From Psammoneis japonica (lineage: Eukaryota), in NCBI GenBank assembly GCA_008632985.1, contig QPGO01000116.1, forward strand, positions 1-64,000: 64,000 nucleotides of DNA. The letters run 5' to 3'. Made by a program: the position numbers and the translations under genes. Below, piece after piece: positions 11,210-23,520 of this stretch. The notes under the pieces were generated by a model, which saw only the letters and a program-made list of their open reading frames with translations, made no database searches and was not told the DNA's origin. The stretch's first letter is position 1; each line of letters starts with the position of its first letter.

Positions 11210-13126
11210 TCACAGTTCATCACTCTTTGCCGTGACACTTTCAAGCATCTCCTTAGCTTGCAATGGAGTATAGCCATATTTCTTCATGTTGCCACTCAAC
11301 GTTTCCCAACTTGGAGAGTATCGATCATAACAGCAAAACGGAGACACCTTGTCCAAGTGGTCAGAGCAACCTTCACTCATATGAAATGCATCCATGGTTG
11401 AATTCCAGATAGGTATTTTCACGGATCTCTGCTCCCTCTCCTCGGCCTTGAAGTTGATCTGTGCTCGAAGAGTGCATTCGGAGACGAGACAGTTACACAT
11501 ATAAAGAGTCCAAACCTCTCCATCACCTGTCCTGATAGATAAAAGACGGGTCCAAGTTTCGTCGTTTGTTTTTAAACCCGGTGAAAAGCGCAGCACTCTA
11601 CTCCCCGGAAAAGCGCCGTCAAGTTCATAATGTAAAACAGATTCGGTTGCCGTCATCTCTGTGTCTTTCCTCTCCACGTATCCAAAGAAGCGTAGTATAC
11701 CGCCCACTACCATTTTCATGGTCCAGTCGGAAAGTGGAGTCCCCGTTACGTCTCCATTGTTGGGTAGCCAGTCTCCTCTATCAATCTTGGTACAGATGGC
11801 GACCTTCCATGGAAACAACATCGATAAGGTAGTGGCACCTGTTACTCTGTAGCTTTCAATCTGGGTGTGAAAGTCATATCGAGGAGCCAAGACCTCTCCG
11901 ATCATCTCGAATGCTTTGCCCCTGACCCAGTCAACATTTACAATTGAGGGGTTCTGATGAGTTGTGTAAAAGGCAAGGTGGAAGGAAACGTCGTTGTTTC
12001 GGATTAAAGTGGCATTAAAGTGGTTGGCGACCGTTCCAAGACTTTCGTGCTCTTCAAAAAACACCTTGGGAGATGAGATCCAGGTTGGTGCAATGTCGTT
12101 TATTCTTCGGAGGACCTTCAAATCGTACATTAACAAATGATTCTCAAAAAACTGAGATACGTCAAAGAGCCACGGCAGCGATCGGCGGGTGAGTTCCTCT
12201 GGCTTCTGCTGGGCTTGCCAGTTTCCATTATCGGTTCCATGAAAGACTTCAACCCTTTTCATATCCGGCACAGATTCCCATAAGACTGTGTTCATAGCTA
12301 ATATGTCCATTTGACGCTTGGGCATCTTCAATTCCAAGTCTTCACTGGGGCATGGCGTGTTTCCCTCTGCGTCATAATTTACTTCGAGAGACTCGCCTCT
12401 TTGACGATACTCCTGAGCAAGCGCCAAATCCATGGCCATTTTTCGAATCATCGTCTCCGTCGAAACAAACAAGTCGTGCTCTCGAGGGAGCTGGTGAACG
12501 TCGCAAGCCGCAACCACGAGGTAGTCAATGGGAAATCCAATGGATTCCAGGTGCGCCGCAAACTTCTCACCGACATACCTCGACATTCCGTTTCCTGCAT
12601 ACCCATTGGTGAAAAACAAATGCGCACCTGCAGAAGTCTCTTTGGTAACATTTTGGACAACCCTGTCGACGCCCAATCCCCGCGCAATGTCTTGAGGAAA
12701 AAGAAACAAGGTATGGTACCTCGGCGACAAGTAGTCCTCAAAGGAATGGCATGCAAAGAGAAGCTCGCGGTGCGATACTACGACGAGAATCCTTTCACTG
12801 TCAATGCTTGGGCCATGGATGGTCCAAGTATGCATCTGGTGAAGGACATCGTTATAAGGCCGTTCCGTCTTGTCCAATAACGATCGTTTAATTGGCATGG
12901 TGCGCCGTTCTGCTTCTTCCTGATGATGGGCGGGGTGGATCAAGAGAGCATTTTGGCCAATCATTGATGCATAAAGGATGTTCCACATCCCACAATAGAG
13001 TAGCAAAAGGGAGAGAATGGCAAAGATGTGACTCTTTGCTGTTCGCATTGCCCTTCTGCCTCCATTTTGAAGCCGGGTACACAATACACTATGGTTCGAA
13101 GCAGCAGTCCTGTTTGTGGCATCCAT
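11210..13126 (-). CDS. Uncharacterised ~638-aa protein with N-terminal membrane anchor (type II membrane protein-like)
   Basis: Uninterrupted ORF with normal Tyr and TpA content and a hydrophobic segment IFAILSLLLLYCGMWNILY. Start taken at the ATG at 13126 and is uncertain. Confidence 0.75.
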   Translation of the reverse strand: MDATNRTAASNHSVLCTRLQNGGRRAMRTAKSHIFAILSLLLLYCGMWNILYASMIGQNALLIHPAHHQEEAERRTMPIKRSLLDKTERPYNDVLHQMHTWTIHGPSIDSERILVVVSHRELLFACHSFEDYLSPRYHTLFLFPQDIARGLGVDRVVQNVTKETSAGAHLFFTNGYAGNGMSRYVGEKFAAHLESIGFPIDYLVVAACDVHQLPREHDLFVSTETMIRKMAMDLALAQEYRQRGESLEVNYDAEGNTPCPSEDLELKMPKRQMDILAMNTVLWESVPDMKRVEVFHGTDNGNWQAQQKPEELTRRSLPWLFDVSQFFENHLLMYDLKVLRRINDIAPTWISSPKVFFEEHESLGTVANHFNATLIRNNDVSFHLAFYTTHQNPSIVNVDWVRGKAFEMIGEVLAPRYDFHTQIESYRVTGATTLSMLFPWKVAICTKIDRGDWLPNNGDVTGTPLSDWTMKMVVGGILRFFGYVERKDTEMTATESVLHYELDGAFPGSRVLRFSPGLKTNDETWTRLLSIRTGDGEVWTLYMCNCLVSECTLRAQINFKAEEREQRSVKIPIWNSTMDAFHMSEGCSDHLDKVSPFCCYDRYSPSWETLSGNMKKYGYTPLQAKEMLESVTAKSDEL

Positions 13127-13787
13127 TTTTATTCCTGTTTTGATTGTGTGAGTCTTTGCCAGAGACTTATTGGAGAAGAAGCGAGGGCTCATTGATCGAT
13201 CCGCGGTGCCAACAATAAGCCACTCAACGCAACTTTTCAACGGACGGAAAATTTTCTGCTCACGTGTTTTTGGTCCCGCGCATGCATCTGTGACAAAACC
13301 ACGTGGAGGTTCTACTTCACAAGTGGAAACCCACATGATTCCTTGAACATCAACCAAAATCGATGCAGCATCGATTGGTTTCTTTGGCTTGAACTGTTTA
13401 TCTTTTACGAGATTGTGATGCTCTATGGTCCGGCAATGGCATCACGGCAACACGGCATCGCACACACTGTGCTTTTTTTGCCCTGCGCCGATCTCTAACA
13501 TTGATTTTAATCAAAGACGGTTTTGATGATAAAGCAGCAGTGTTTTGGTGTGCCGCGGCATCATGCGCGGCCTTTGCGCATTGATTTCTCACATTTCCGT
13601 TGAAAAGATGCTTCAAAACCAAAACACTGCAACTGTCACCCCTGTGGTAGGGGAGAATATGGTGATGTCATGGTTACGTGGCAGTTTATATCTTATTCAT
13701 TTTATATTTTTACACAAATGTCCTCACATTTGTTTGTGCATTTGCACACAAATGCCAATGGCAACAGGAAAAATCCTGAACCATGTT

Positions 13788-13923
13788 CTCCCCCAAAACT
13801 CCAACCACCAAAAACCGAGGGGTCGGAAGCACACTTTTGGGAGCTCTTTTTCTCCGCACAAAAAACACGCGTTTTGACAACTCGACCATGACGACCTCCC
13901 GTTCTTCGTCCCCTGCACCTGAC
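13788..13923 (+). repeat. Left terminal inverted repeat
   Basis: CTCCCCCAAAACTCCAACCACCAAAAACCGAGGGGTCGGAAGC...ACCATGACGACCTCCCGTTCTTCGTCCCC is the reverse complement of 20182-20320 with few mismatches. Confidence 0.92.
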
Positions 13924-15869
13924 TGCTCCTCCGTCCACACATGTGCCGAACCACCTTCTTCTCCCGTTTCTGCTGACATGCGTGGTGTGCTTCCTTCTAG
14001 CGGGATGCATCAAATTTTGGGCAACCAACATGCTGCTGCTGCACATGATGTTTGCACGGATGCTGCCGCTTCCAGCCAAATTGACGGCACCTTTTCCGAC
14101 GACGCTGCCTCCGCATCCATCTTGCGGGTCTCTCTTGATGTCTTCCAAAAGGCTCCGTGTGCTTGGCAGAGTGACATGTTGCGCCATGTGCTTCAAACAG
14201 GTCCCACTCGTCCCGCGCAACCTTTGTTGCTTGTCCGCCCCACTGGTGGTGGAAAGTCCCTTGTGCGAGACATTGTTGGTGTTTGCCTCAAGGGTGTCAT
14301 CCTCACGATCGTTCCCTTGTTGTCCTTGGGCTCGGATCAATGCCGTAAAATCATGAACCGTGCCATGCAACATCCATCACACGGTCCTGTTGCTTCCTTC
14401 CATTTGGATGAAGCACTCCAAAATCCATTGTGCATGCAGGCGTTTTATTCTTTGATGCAACGTTTGCCAATGGCGGTTCGTGGGACGACATTCCTTTTTT
14501 GTTCGCCTCAGTTGCTTGTGTCCAATGAGCAGCTTGTGAATCTCATTCTGAGATTTGCATCCAACGGATTGCTGCGGCTCCCAGCCTTGGATGAAATTCA
14601 TCTGTTTGTGAGTTTCGGGCTTTCTTGTCGGGTGGAGTTTCAACAACTTCGCAATGTCTTTTTCCATCACATTCAGCGGTGTTCCATTCCATTCCTCCTG
14701 ATGACGGCAACCTGCACTGTGCGTGCCGTCTCGTCCATGGAGGGTTTGATTGGATTCAAAATTCAAGACTGCTGTTGGCCACCTCCCTGGCATGTGATGC
14801 ACAGGAATGTTTCGTTCCTTGTTTCTTGCAGTGACCGCCCATTCACGGTGACATCCAATGTGCTGGCTCCGTTGCTGGGTGCTGCAACTGACGCGACCAA
14901 ATGTGTTGTGTGCTCTAACCGCCGCACAAAAATTGAATCCTTCCAAACAAATCTTTGAGATGTGGCTGGATCACAGCGACGCATGCCATTTGTTGGACGT
15001 CATTTTGCTGGTTGGTGCGCTCACCAAGGAACAAAAGGCTCACCACAATTCAACATTCATTGAAACAGATGCGTCCACACCCGGACGCTCCCTGTCGACC
15101 TCGGTTTCTTTGTGCCACAAGTGGTGCTTCCAATGCCGGCATCGATTCTCAACACATTGCCGGTGTTTTCCAAATTGATTTCCCTCTGTCCATCATTGAC
15201 ATGAATCAAGAGAAAGGCCACGCTGGACGCAGTGCGGCTTTGTCTGGTTGCTTCTACCAAGCTTTCATTTCTCTTGAAACTTTTCTTCATTTGTTCCTTC
15301 GCATCACAGACCCGGCGGAAAAAAAGGTCTCGCGCGATGCACGGCGAAACGAGCTTCATGACTTGATGCAGGTTCTCCGTCTGCTTGTTTTGCCCGTTTG
15401 TTGCCATCAAGCATCCTGGGAGGTGCTGCATTCTCATCCGACGCATGCAAGGATGGTCGACCCCCGTTTTTTGAATCCGTGTGGAGCCTGTGCCCATTGT
15501 CACGGAAAACACTTGGATCTCCACCCCGCTTTGAATCGTCCGGGCATTGTGTCCATGCTGTTCAATGTGTTCGTGCATGGCGAACATGCAATCCGGAACC
15601 TGCGCCTTGTGGATGCGGTTGTCGATGCCACTCACCGGTTCCCCGGCGCACCAGCTTTGTTGTTCCGAATCTCTGCGGCAAAGGTGGAGCCCAAGGTGGT
15701 CAAGCAAACCATCTTGGTTCTCATTGCGGCTGGCATGCTTGTTTGCGAGCCCACTGAGGACGAATCCAACAAGCATTGCATGACGTCAGCCCTTGCATTG
15801 GTTGCACCCGGCGCTGCGGAATTTGCAATGCATCACGATTCGTTTTGGGATTGTGTCCGCACCAAATAA
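13888..15869 (+). pseudogene. RecQ-like superfamily 2 helicase (frameshifted)
   Basis: Motifs RPTGGGKS (I), IVPLLSLGSDQ (Ia), LDEIH (II), MTAT (III), ATSGASNAGID (V) and QEKGHAGR (VI), plus a Cys cluster CCH...CGACAHC (RQC-like Zn site). Frame change near 14950-15080. Confidence 0.9.
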
Positions 15870-15919
15870 GAACAGTGGCAGTGTCACCTGCAACAGTCAC
15901 AAGTGATTGACAAACATTG

Positions 15920-18900
15920 TCACACAAGCGATCGCAGCCGATCAAATGCTTCTTGTGGCATTGCATCAACTTCTTCACCGGTGTTTTCACGAAACAAGGG
16001 ATCCTCCAATGATTCCCAAAGTCTTTCCTCACGTGCTTTTGCCCGACATCGTGTCTGTTGTAAATTTTTCTTTTCCATTTTTTCTTTGCCTACTTCAAAG
16101 ACGTTCTTGAATCCAAGGACGTTCACCGCGGCCTGTGTTATTTTGCCTGCGTTGCGATTGCCCACTTTTACATCAACCATCTCCGACGCAAACACAGACG
16201 CACCTTGTTCCACTTCATCTTCCGTCTCCTCCTCCGTTTCCTCCGCCTCATCATCATGAAGCGCACCAATCATCATGGGATCCATTGTCACCAATGCACC
16301 AGGCTCATTGACATTGTCATCCGATGTGTGGCTTGCTTGTGCCAGCCCCTCGAGCTCTTCCGCCATTGAAGCCGCAGCTCCTTCCACACGTGTCTCGTCC
16401 TCGTTCCCATCATTGTCGTGTGTCGCATCCGCCACCGACGACAGCAGCATCTCTTCCTCCGTCTGACAGTCTTCTAGCCAACGTTCCATCCTTTCGTCTT
16501 CTGTCTCCGCGTTCAATTCGGTCGTGAGGTTGGGCAATTCCTTCCAAAACAAATCCCGGCTGCATCTGCGTCCAGGGATTTCTACTGTGGCTTGTGTCAA
16601 ATGAAGCAACTCGGCTGCCAACTGCTTCTCAAGCACTCGGCTTGGCACTGACGTGGCCTTCTTTTGGTTGTCGCTGTCACGCTTGGGGTCGTTGTCCTGC
16701 AGGTCCACGCATTTGCGCTCAAACGTCTCGCTGTCTGCCAGCCTAGCGCACTCATTGGACGAGAACTGGATGCACTTGGCAATCATCGCTGCATTGCCAG
16801 AGTGCGTCTTCCAACCTTCGATTGTGTTCTGGAAATTCATCTTGTGGCAATGCCGTTGCATCAACTCTGTCAATCCATCCAGGGCCCAGCATGCCATGGG
16901 GTTGCCGGACCGGTCTGTGCCCTCGTAAAGAGGGTGGGCGCGGTTTGCTCGCATCATTTGCAACACTTCAAAAGGTGGCTTGCCACACAACTGTTCAATG
17001 GTTTCGACGCCAATGTTAAAATGGTGCGTCTTGCCTGCTGCCAAGAAGACAGGATTGAACGAGTTGTACAGCCACTTGATCACAACGGCATCGCCACACC
17101 TCACCGACGCCTGGAACAAACGACAACAGTGAATCAGTTTTGCATGTTGCAGCACCATGCAAAACACTTCATCGGCAGTCGTCGACATGGCTCTGTCCAC
17201 CCACGCCATGTGTTGCTCGGATGCGAACAAAGCACATTCGCCAGGTCCTTGTAACGCGATCCACTGATTGCACAATTCGTTGTCATTCAACAGCACAGTG
17301 CAAAAGGTGTTTGTGAGTTGACGTTCTGCTTCGGCACCCAACATCATGGCCATTGCAGCGGCTTGTTGGTGGCACTTTGTCACGTCTGTTCCACGGATCC
17401 GCTTCCACCCCAGTGCAGCTTGGAATGGCTGCAGCAACGACCCGCAGTGCAGAGCATAAATGGCACCCAAAAAATGGAAGCTGCCTCCATGCAGATCACC
17501 TGTAGAGTTGATGACCTGCCCCATCGCCTTTTCCAACACGCCAGCGGCAACATGCCAGTCCACGTGGCTGTGCGCCGAGGCCTGCATCAATTCCCGGAAG
17601 GACTTGACTCACATCTGAGACAGTCCATCACCCACCACCATCAACCAACGTGTCCGGTGGTCGTCAGCAAGGGCTGGGTCTTGCACAGCCTCGCCCGAAA
17701 CACCACGGGAAGACGTCGCCTCAATGATGTTGAACAGTTGCAAAAGGCCCAATGCCACCTTACCCGCGCCCTTGTCAGTGGTTTCGTCCTCACAAGAGAC
17801 AGCAGGAATCATGACGGAAACCCGTTTTGGCATGCCCCGCCAAATCTGCGCAGCACTACGTTGGAAATTTCGACAAGACTGGTGGAACCCCCGAGGCACG
17901 CGATTCGGAGACAGCCTGATTGTGACGTTCAGGGATTTCATGGTGTCTGCACCAGTCGCATTCTGAAAGGCAAAGACGGTGTCTCGGTCACGAGGAATGC
18001 AGTGGCGCTGCACACAAGCCATGGATGCCAAGCGAACAACACTCGAGCACCGAGAGACACGAGTGCCTGTGGAATCCACACTGTCAAAGAATGCGTCAAA
18101 GCACTGGACGTCGATGATGCGGGCATTGTTGGCCAGCGTTGGTTCAACAGTGTCACAGGCCGGCATCCCGAATGGCGATGGTGTCGATTGATCGACGCAG
18201 GTGATGACAGTCGGAGGCAACAGGGCCGTGGGGCAAGCGTCAAATCGAGGTGGCACGTGCGGCTTTACAAACATGCGAGACGCAGTTTTGGTCACCGCGG
18301 CGGATTCACCCTGGCGTTGATGTTTGAGGCTGCCAACAATCTGAAACCAAAGAGTCGCCAAGGCAAAGTGCGTAAAGCAAGTGCTCAAAGGGCAATGGTC
18401 ACTGCCACACAGTGTGTCACTCACCTGAGAATTGTCAAAAATGGCAATTCCAAAGTTGCCGGAATCCTTTGGGGTCTCATTGGTTTCTGAAAGGACCGTG
18501 GCATGGCTGGCAAAGGGACGCATCTTGCGCAAAAGAGTGCTCTGATGCGCCGACTGGCCAAAGCAAACAGACATCTTGGAACGAGACGCAGAATCAAAAG
18601 AGCCACAGGACGCAGCAGCGTTGCAGCACGCCCACCATGTGAACACTTTAGGGTTCCGGATGCGCATGATCGACATGAAGACATAAAAAACAAATCGATC
18701 CCAGACAGGAAGCAAGTGTTGCGCGCGAGATTGTTCTTTGCGAGCCTCGCAGCTCAACAATGAGCTGAGAACAATGTAACACTGCGGCATCGTTTCGCGA
18801 AACCGCTTTGCCATGTCGGTCAGGGCAACTTGAGACAGAATTGGAGAAGTTAATTCGATGAAACGACCAAAACAGGCACGCAAGGCATCCTCACACTCCG

Positions 18901-20220
18901 TCTCTACAAAATCACAAAAGGACTTCAATGCTTGGTCGTCCGAATCAATGGTGAAGAGTCGCCTGATCCGGTCAGTCAAAATTTCGCCAGACTTGCAGTG
19001 CGCCAGTTGAGCATCCTTTTCGTTTTTAAGCAAAACCATGTCATGCTCACGACAAAGAACATTGACCGCGTGGCCATCCCCCCACAGCTCCTGCAGACAT
19101 CAGTTCATCATGGCGGCGCGACGCTTTGTGTCCTTCATTTTCTTCAATTGCGTTGCAACGTTGCCCGCACGAGGGGATGCCGCCCACAACTGGAATGCAG
19201 TTACATTGTGGAACACATCCGAGTGCTTTAACTCATGTGAAGGAGCATCAGGGAGAGCGGCAGGTGCAGCACCAACGCCGCCACCACCGGCGGAAGTGCA
19301 TGGATGGGAAACTTCGGATGGCGTCAAATTGGGTTTGATGAGTTTCTCCCGTGATGGATTGGAGCACACCATCATTTCAACACTGTAGAAAAAGCTGTTG
19401 CACATCCGAACCGCCGAAGAATGGTGCTTTGCACAGACGGACCGGAGGAGTGGTTGCCACGTTAAATGGAAGGTGGGATGCGATGGCGATGCAAGCACAA
19501 CGAATTTGGTTCCAACTTGTAGCCTGACAACATCTTCCAGCATTAAACGCCGATGGCCGGAAGAAAGAATAGATGGCACAGTGTCCCACGGCATGCCCGG
19601 AAGTGGCGGCGGCGCTTGTCATTGCGAAGACGTCTTGGTTTCTGCAATTCCGATTCCGTGTTGCAGGAACGAGCAGGAAGCTTCCTGTCACCAGCAGAGG
19701 AGCTTGACGGTCGCCGCTTTTCATCAGATGGGTCAAGCTGAATGTCAAAGTCATGCATGGCCTCCTTGACAGCATGCGAGGTGTTGGGCGGAGAGAAGGA
19801 AGCGGCCGAGCAATCTGCATCAATGATGGGATCACGGAGAAAAGCAAGCATCGCATCTTTGAACAACTGAACCTTGACGTCGGTTTGTTGCTTTTGTTTT
19901 TTGACCTGTTTTCGGAGCTGCACCCCAGACCGCTTGAGAGAAGGCTCATCTGTGCCTTCCATGACATGACGATGCGAACGAGAATCCAGTTTCTCCGGGG
20001 ACGCAATGACAGGAGTGGACCAATCACGGCGCTGTGTTTGTGTTTCAGGCACAGGATCCGGCGAACAGAAGCCCAAATCCTCCGGATGGCAAATCGGCTG
20101 TGTTTGGGTAACGACAGCGGGTGCAACGGCACCGGCCAACACAGGAGGAACTGCCGCATCAGATGTGGCAGGCGGGGACACGTCAGGTGGTGTGGGGGAC
20201 GAAGAACGGGAGGTCGTCAT
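15920..20220 (-). pseudogene. Large transposase-like gene (Academ/DUF6589-like), disrupted
   Basis: ORFs 17609-19039 and 15920-17590 are in one frame, separated by a single TGA (probably CGA to TGA in GDGLSQM*VKSF). Motifs IFDNSQ, VVGDGLSQ, GDLHGGSFH and LDGLTE. Probable 84-bp GT-AG intron at 18341-18424. The 5' part is in other frames. Confidence 0.65.
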
Positions 20221-20320
20221 GGTCAAGTTGTCAAAACGCGTGTTTTTTGTGCGAAGAAAAAGAGCTGCCAAAAGTGCGCTTCCGACCCCTCAGTTTTTGG
20301 TGGTTAGAGTTTTAGGGGAG
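20182..20320 (-). repeat. Right terminal inverted repeat
   Basis: GGGGACGAAGAACGGGAGGTCGTCATGGT...GCTTCCGACCCCTCAGTTTTTGGTGGTTAGAGTTTTAGGGGAG. Confidence 0.92.
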
Positions 20321-20736
20321 CTGTGGAATGGGAATTTTTACTTGTGGAATGCACACACTCGTGTGGATGTTAAGATTGAAACTCAACGCACGGCGAAGCC
20401 GTGCGCGCACAACCACGCACACACACACAGCTCCCCTGCCACAGGGGTGTGCAACTGTCACCATGGCCTGCACCGGGCTGAGCTTCCAAATGATGGCTCA
20501 AGTGGGGCAAGCCAATTTCCAGTCAACAAGCTGAAAAATTTGTTCATTTGCAGGAGCTGATTCTCCTGAGCACACGCACACACGCGTGGGATCGCATTCA
20601 ACGATTTCGGTGCTCATGGTGTGCGATTCGCTTTTCGTCTTGAGGATGGTCTTAAGTCGACTTTTTTGGCATGCTCAAGGAAGCAGTGAGGTGGCACGAC
20701 CTCGAAAATGGGGGAGCTGTCAAATCAGCCACGCGT

Positions 20737-20879
<143 letters not shown>

Positions 20880-23049
20880 CGCTCACAATGTGATGAGTGT
20901 GCTGCTGCAGCAGCTTGGGAGAATGTGCACGTTGCCATGCTGGTTTTGCAAGGAAATTTGCTGCTGCCAGCTCTGCTCTCTGCCTCATCCCAAAGCACAC
21001 CAACAATGGCTGTGATGGTCGCAGGCTGGTGGTTCCCATGCTGGAGATTGCTGGCTGGCGTGCGCAGCGGTGGCTGTGGATGGTGCGTTGTTCTCAAGAA
21101 GAGAGGTGGCAGCTGAGCCATCAAGCAGCACAGGAGGGGCTGTGCCATCAAGAACCTGCAGCAGCAATTTGTTTGACAAGGTGGTGGTGTGCAAGAACCC
21201 AAGCTTGGTGTGTGACAACACTGCTGTTGCTTCAGCACAGAGGAGGAAAAGATTGTTTGTGTTTTGTCAGAGTTTTTTTTTCTGGCTCCAATGGGCTCAT
21301 CCAAAATGGGTTCTGCTGCCAAGTGGCTGGGGTGTGTGAGGTGCACAAACAATGGACCATGCAGCATTCCAGGAGCATCCCCCCCATCACAGTTTGCACT
21401 GTCCTTTGCTGCAAGGGCAGCACAATGTTTGCCATTTCTGTCCCTTGTTCTTGCTGCGCCAGTTGCCTGGTGGTGGTGGTGGTTGGAATTTGGCATTCTG
21501 GGAGGCACATGACCCACTTTGCCAGCACCCTGCTTTTGTTGGCATCATTGGGTCATTGTTTGAGTTTTTTCATTTGGCCTGGCTTCTTCACACCAAAAGC
21601 AGCAGCAAAACAAAAACTCTGGGTTGTTCTTGGGTGTGTGCCACAGCACCCATGATGGAGCTCTGCATGTGAAATGTGGCACACACATCATGATGATGAG
21701 GAGAAAGGAGTCATTGTGTTTCACTGCCAGGCAGCAGTGGCTCTGCCCTTTTTTCCACTCTCATTCTTTTGCCCAGCACACACACTTTGGGTGCAAAAAG
21801 CCTCATGTGTGGTGGGGCAGCACTGCACACCATGCTCTTGTCTGTGTGCAGTGTGGCACATGCTGCACATTTTCCTCATGTGTTGTGTGCAAGAGAACAG
21901 CAGCAGAAGAACAGACAGACAAACACCAAATGTGCACAAGCCACACACCACAAGAGGTGTCTCCTCAACATCATCATCTTTCATCTTTCTCCAAGGTGTG
22001 TGTCACCAACATTTCCATGCAGAGTCTTGCCGTCTTTTGGCACAAATGTTGGTGCACAAGATGCCCTCCTTTTTCTCTTCTTCTTTTCTTTGTGTGAAAA
22101 CACACACAAGATTTTCTGCTGGGTGCCAGCCGGCACGCATGAAGGAGAGTCTTTTTGTGAAGAAAAATGTGCTGCTGTGCTGTGAGATTCTTGCTGTTCC
22201 AGTGTGGTGAGTCCAGCAAAGTTGAGCTGGCAGAGTGCTTTGCAGCATGTGTGGCAGGCTCACACATTGCACCAGCCACTTTGTGTGTGTGTGTGTGTGT
22301 GCATGTGTGTGTGTGAGCCCCCACTTGACTGGTGCTGGTGCAACTGAAATTGGTGGTGGCACGTTCAGAACCAAGTGCCAACCAAGCCCTTGGATTTGTG
22401 GGTGCAAATGAATCTGCAGATTGCATCAAGGCACCCAAGAAGCACCTGGAGCCCTGCTTGGTGACTTCTGGTGCTGCTGATGCCACAAGGGAGACATTGG
22501 TGCACAAGATTCAACGGGGGTCAATGCACGTTTGGGCCCACGAGAAAGTTTGCCATTGCATGAAACAGTCGCCCATTTTCCCACGACAGCACCCACCCTT
22601 TTCCCCTGCACACAATGCTGGTTTGGTGGTGCTTCTTTGCCATGAGTCATTTTGCATTTTCAACCAGCCCGGTTCCTTTGCCAGGCTGGCGTGGATTCTT
22701 GCTCATCTTTGCTTGGATCTTCTTCTCCTTTTTTTCTTGTCCTGTCAATTGGTTTTGGCTTTTGTTTGTCTCTCTTCCTTGTCCTTGCTGGAAAGCTCCA
22801 GCGTGGCTTGTGTTCTCACCACCTTCTGTGCAGGTTGTTTGTTGGTCATCATTTCCTTGCCCTTTTTGTTGCTCTTCTTCTTCTTCTTCTTGTCATTGCT
22901 GCACCCTCCTGCATTGAACCACACCCAGCTCACTTGCCCTGCATGTTTTCACCTCCTTCGTCATCTCCCTGCCAGTCACACTGTCTTGTTGGGTCAGCAC
23001 ACTTGGGTGCCGGGGTGTCTTCCTCCTCCTCATTGCCTCCATTGTCATT

Positions 23050-23520
23050 TCCCTCTCAAATTTTCTTTTCCTTCATGGCCTTGTGATCCCAAAGTTTCCA
23101 GCAGCTCTCCGGTGTCAACAGCTCCAGAGCCTTGTCATTTGCCACACATGGCTCTGCAGCTTTGGATGAGGATGCAGAACAGCCAGGGTTCAAGTGGATG
23201 TCATTGGCAGGTGTCAGCCACTGTCTGGTCTGTGCATCAGCCCACTGGAAGAAGGAGGTCATTCTCTGGATCAAAATCTTTGGGGAGATTGTTGCATGTG
23301 TTGGAGCACCATTTGTTGCAAACAACTGTTTCTCTGAGGGTTGCAGTCATCTGTGGGAACAAACTTTTGGAGCTGCTCCTGCATCAGTTGGTTGACATTG
23401 AGGTTGTGGTGGTCGTCAAAAAGGGAGTGGGCAAGCAAGTCCCCCAACATGTCCAGCATTTGGGAGCAGGCAACTTGGCACCCACAAATGATGTGTGTGT
23501 CTGGCTTTGGCATGCACACC
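23050..23520 (-). mobile_element. Degenerate transposase relic, possibly Plavaka-like
   Basis: The minus frame reads KWCSNTCNNLPKDFDPENDLLLPVG*CTDQTVADTCQ*HPLEPWLF. Restoring Tyr/Arg gives WY...P..YTDQT..D.YQRYPLEPW.F, reminiscent of Plavaka-type transposases. By-eye recognition. Confidence 0.45.

Larger units (their letters stand above)
13788..20320. mobile_element. TIR DNA transposon with RecQ-like helicase and convergent transposase-like gene (AcademH-like)
   Basis: ~135-bp terminal inverted repeats enclose a helicase on + and a large gene with DN / GDGLS / GDLH motifs on -. No TSD identified. Confidence 0.75.

Noticed and set aside
13740..20360. TSD and extended TIR for the helicase element
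   Set aside because: Only weak similarity beyond 13788/20320 and no convincing direct repeat, so the true termini cannot be fixed from one copy.
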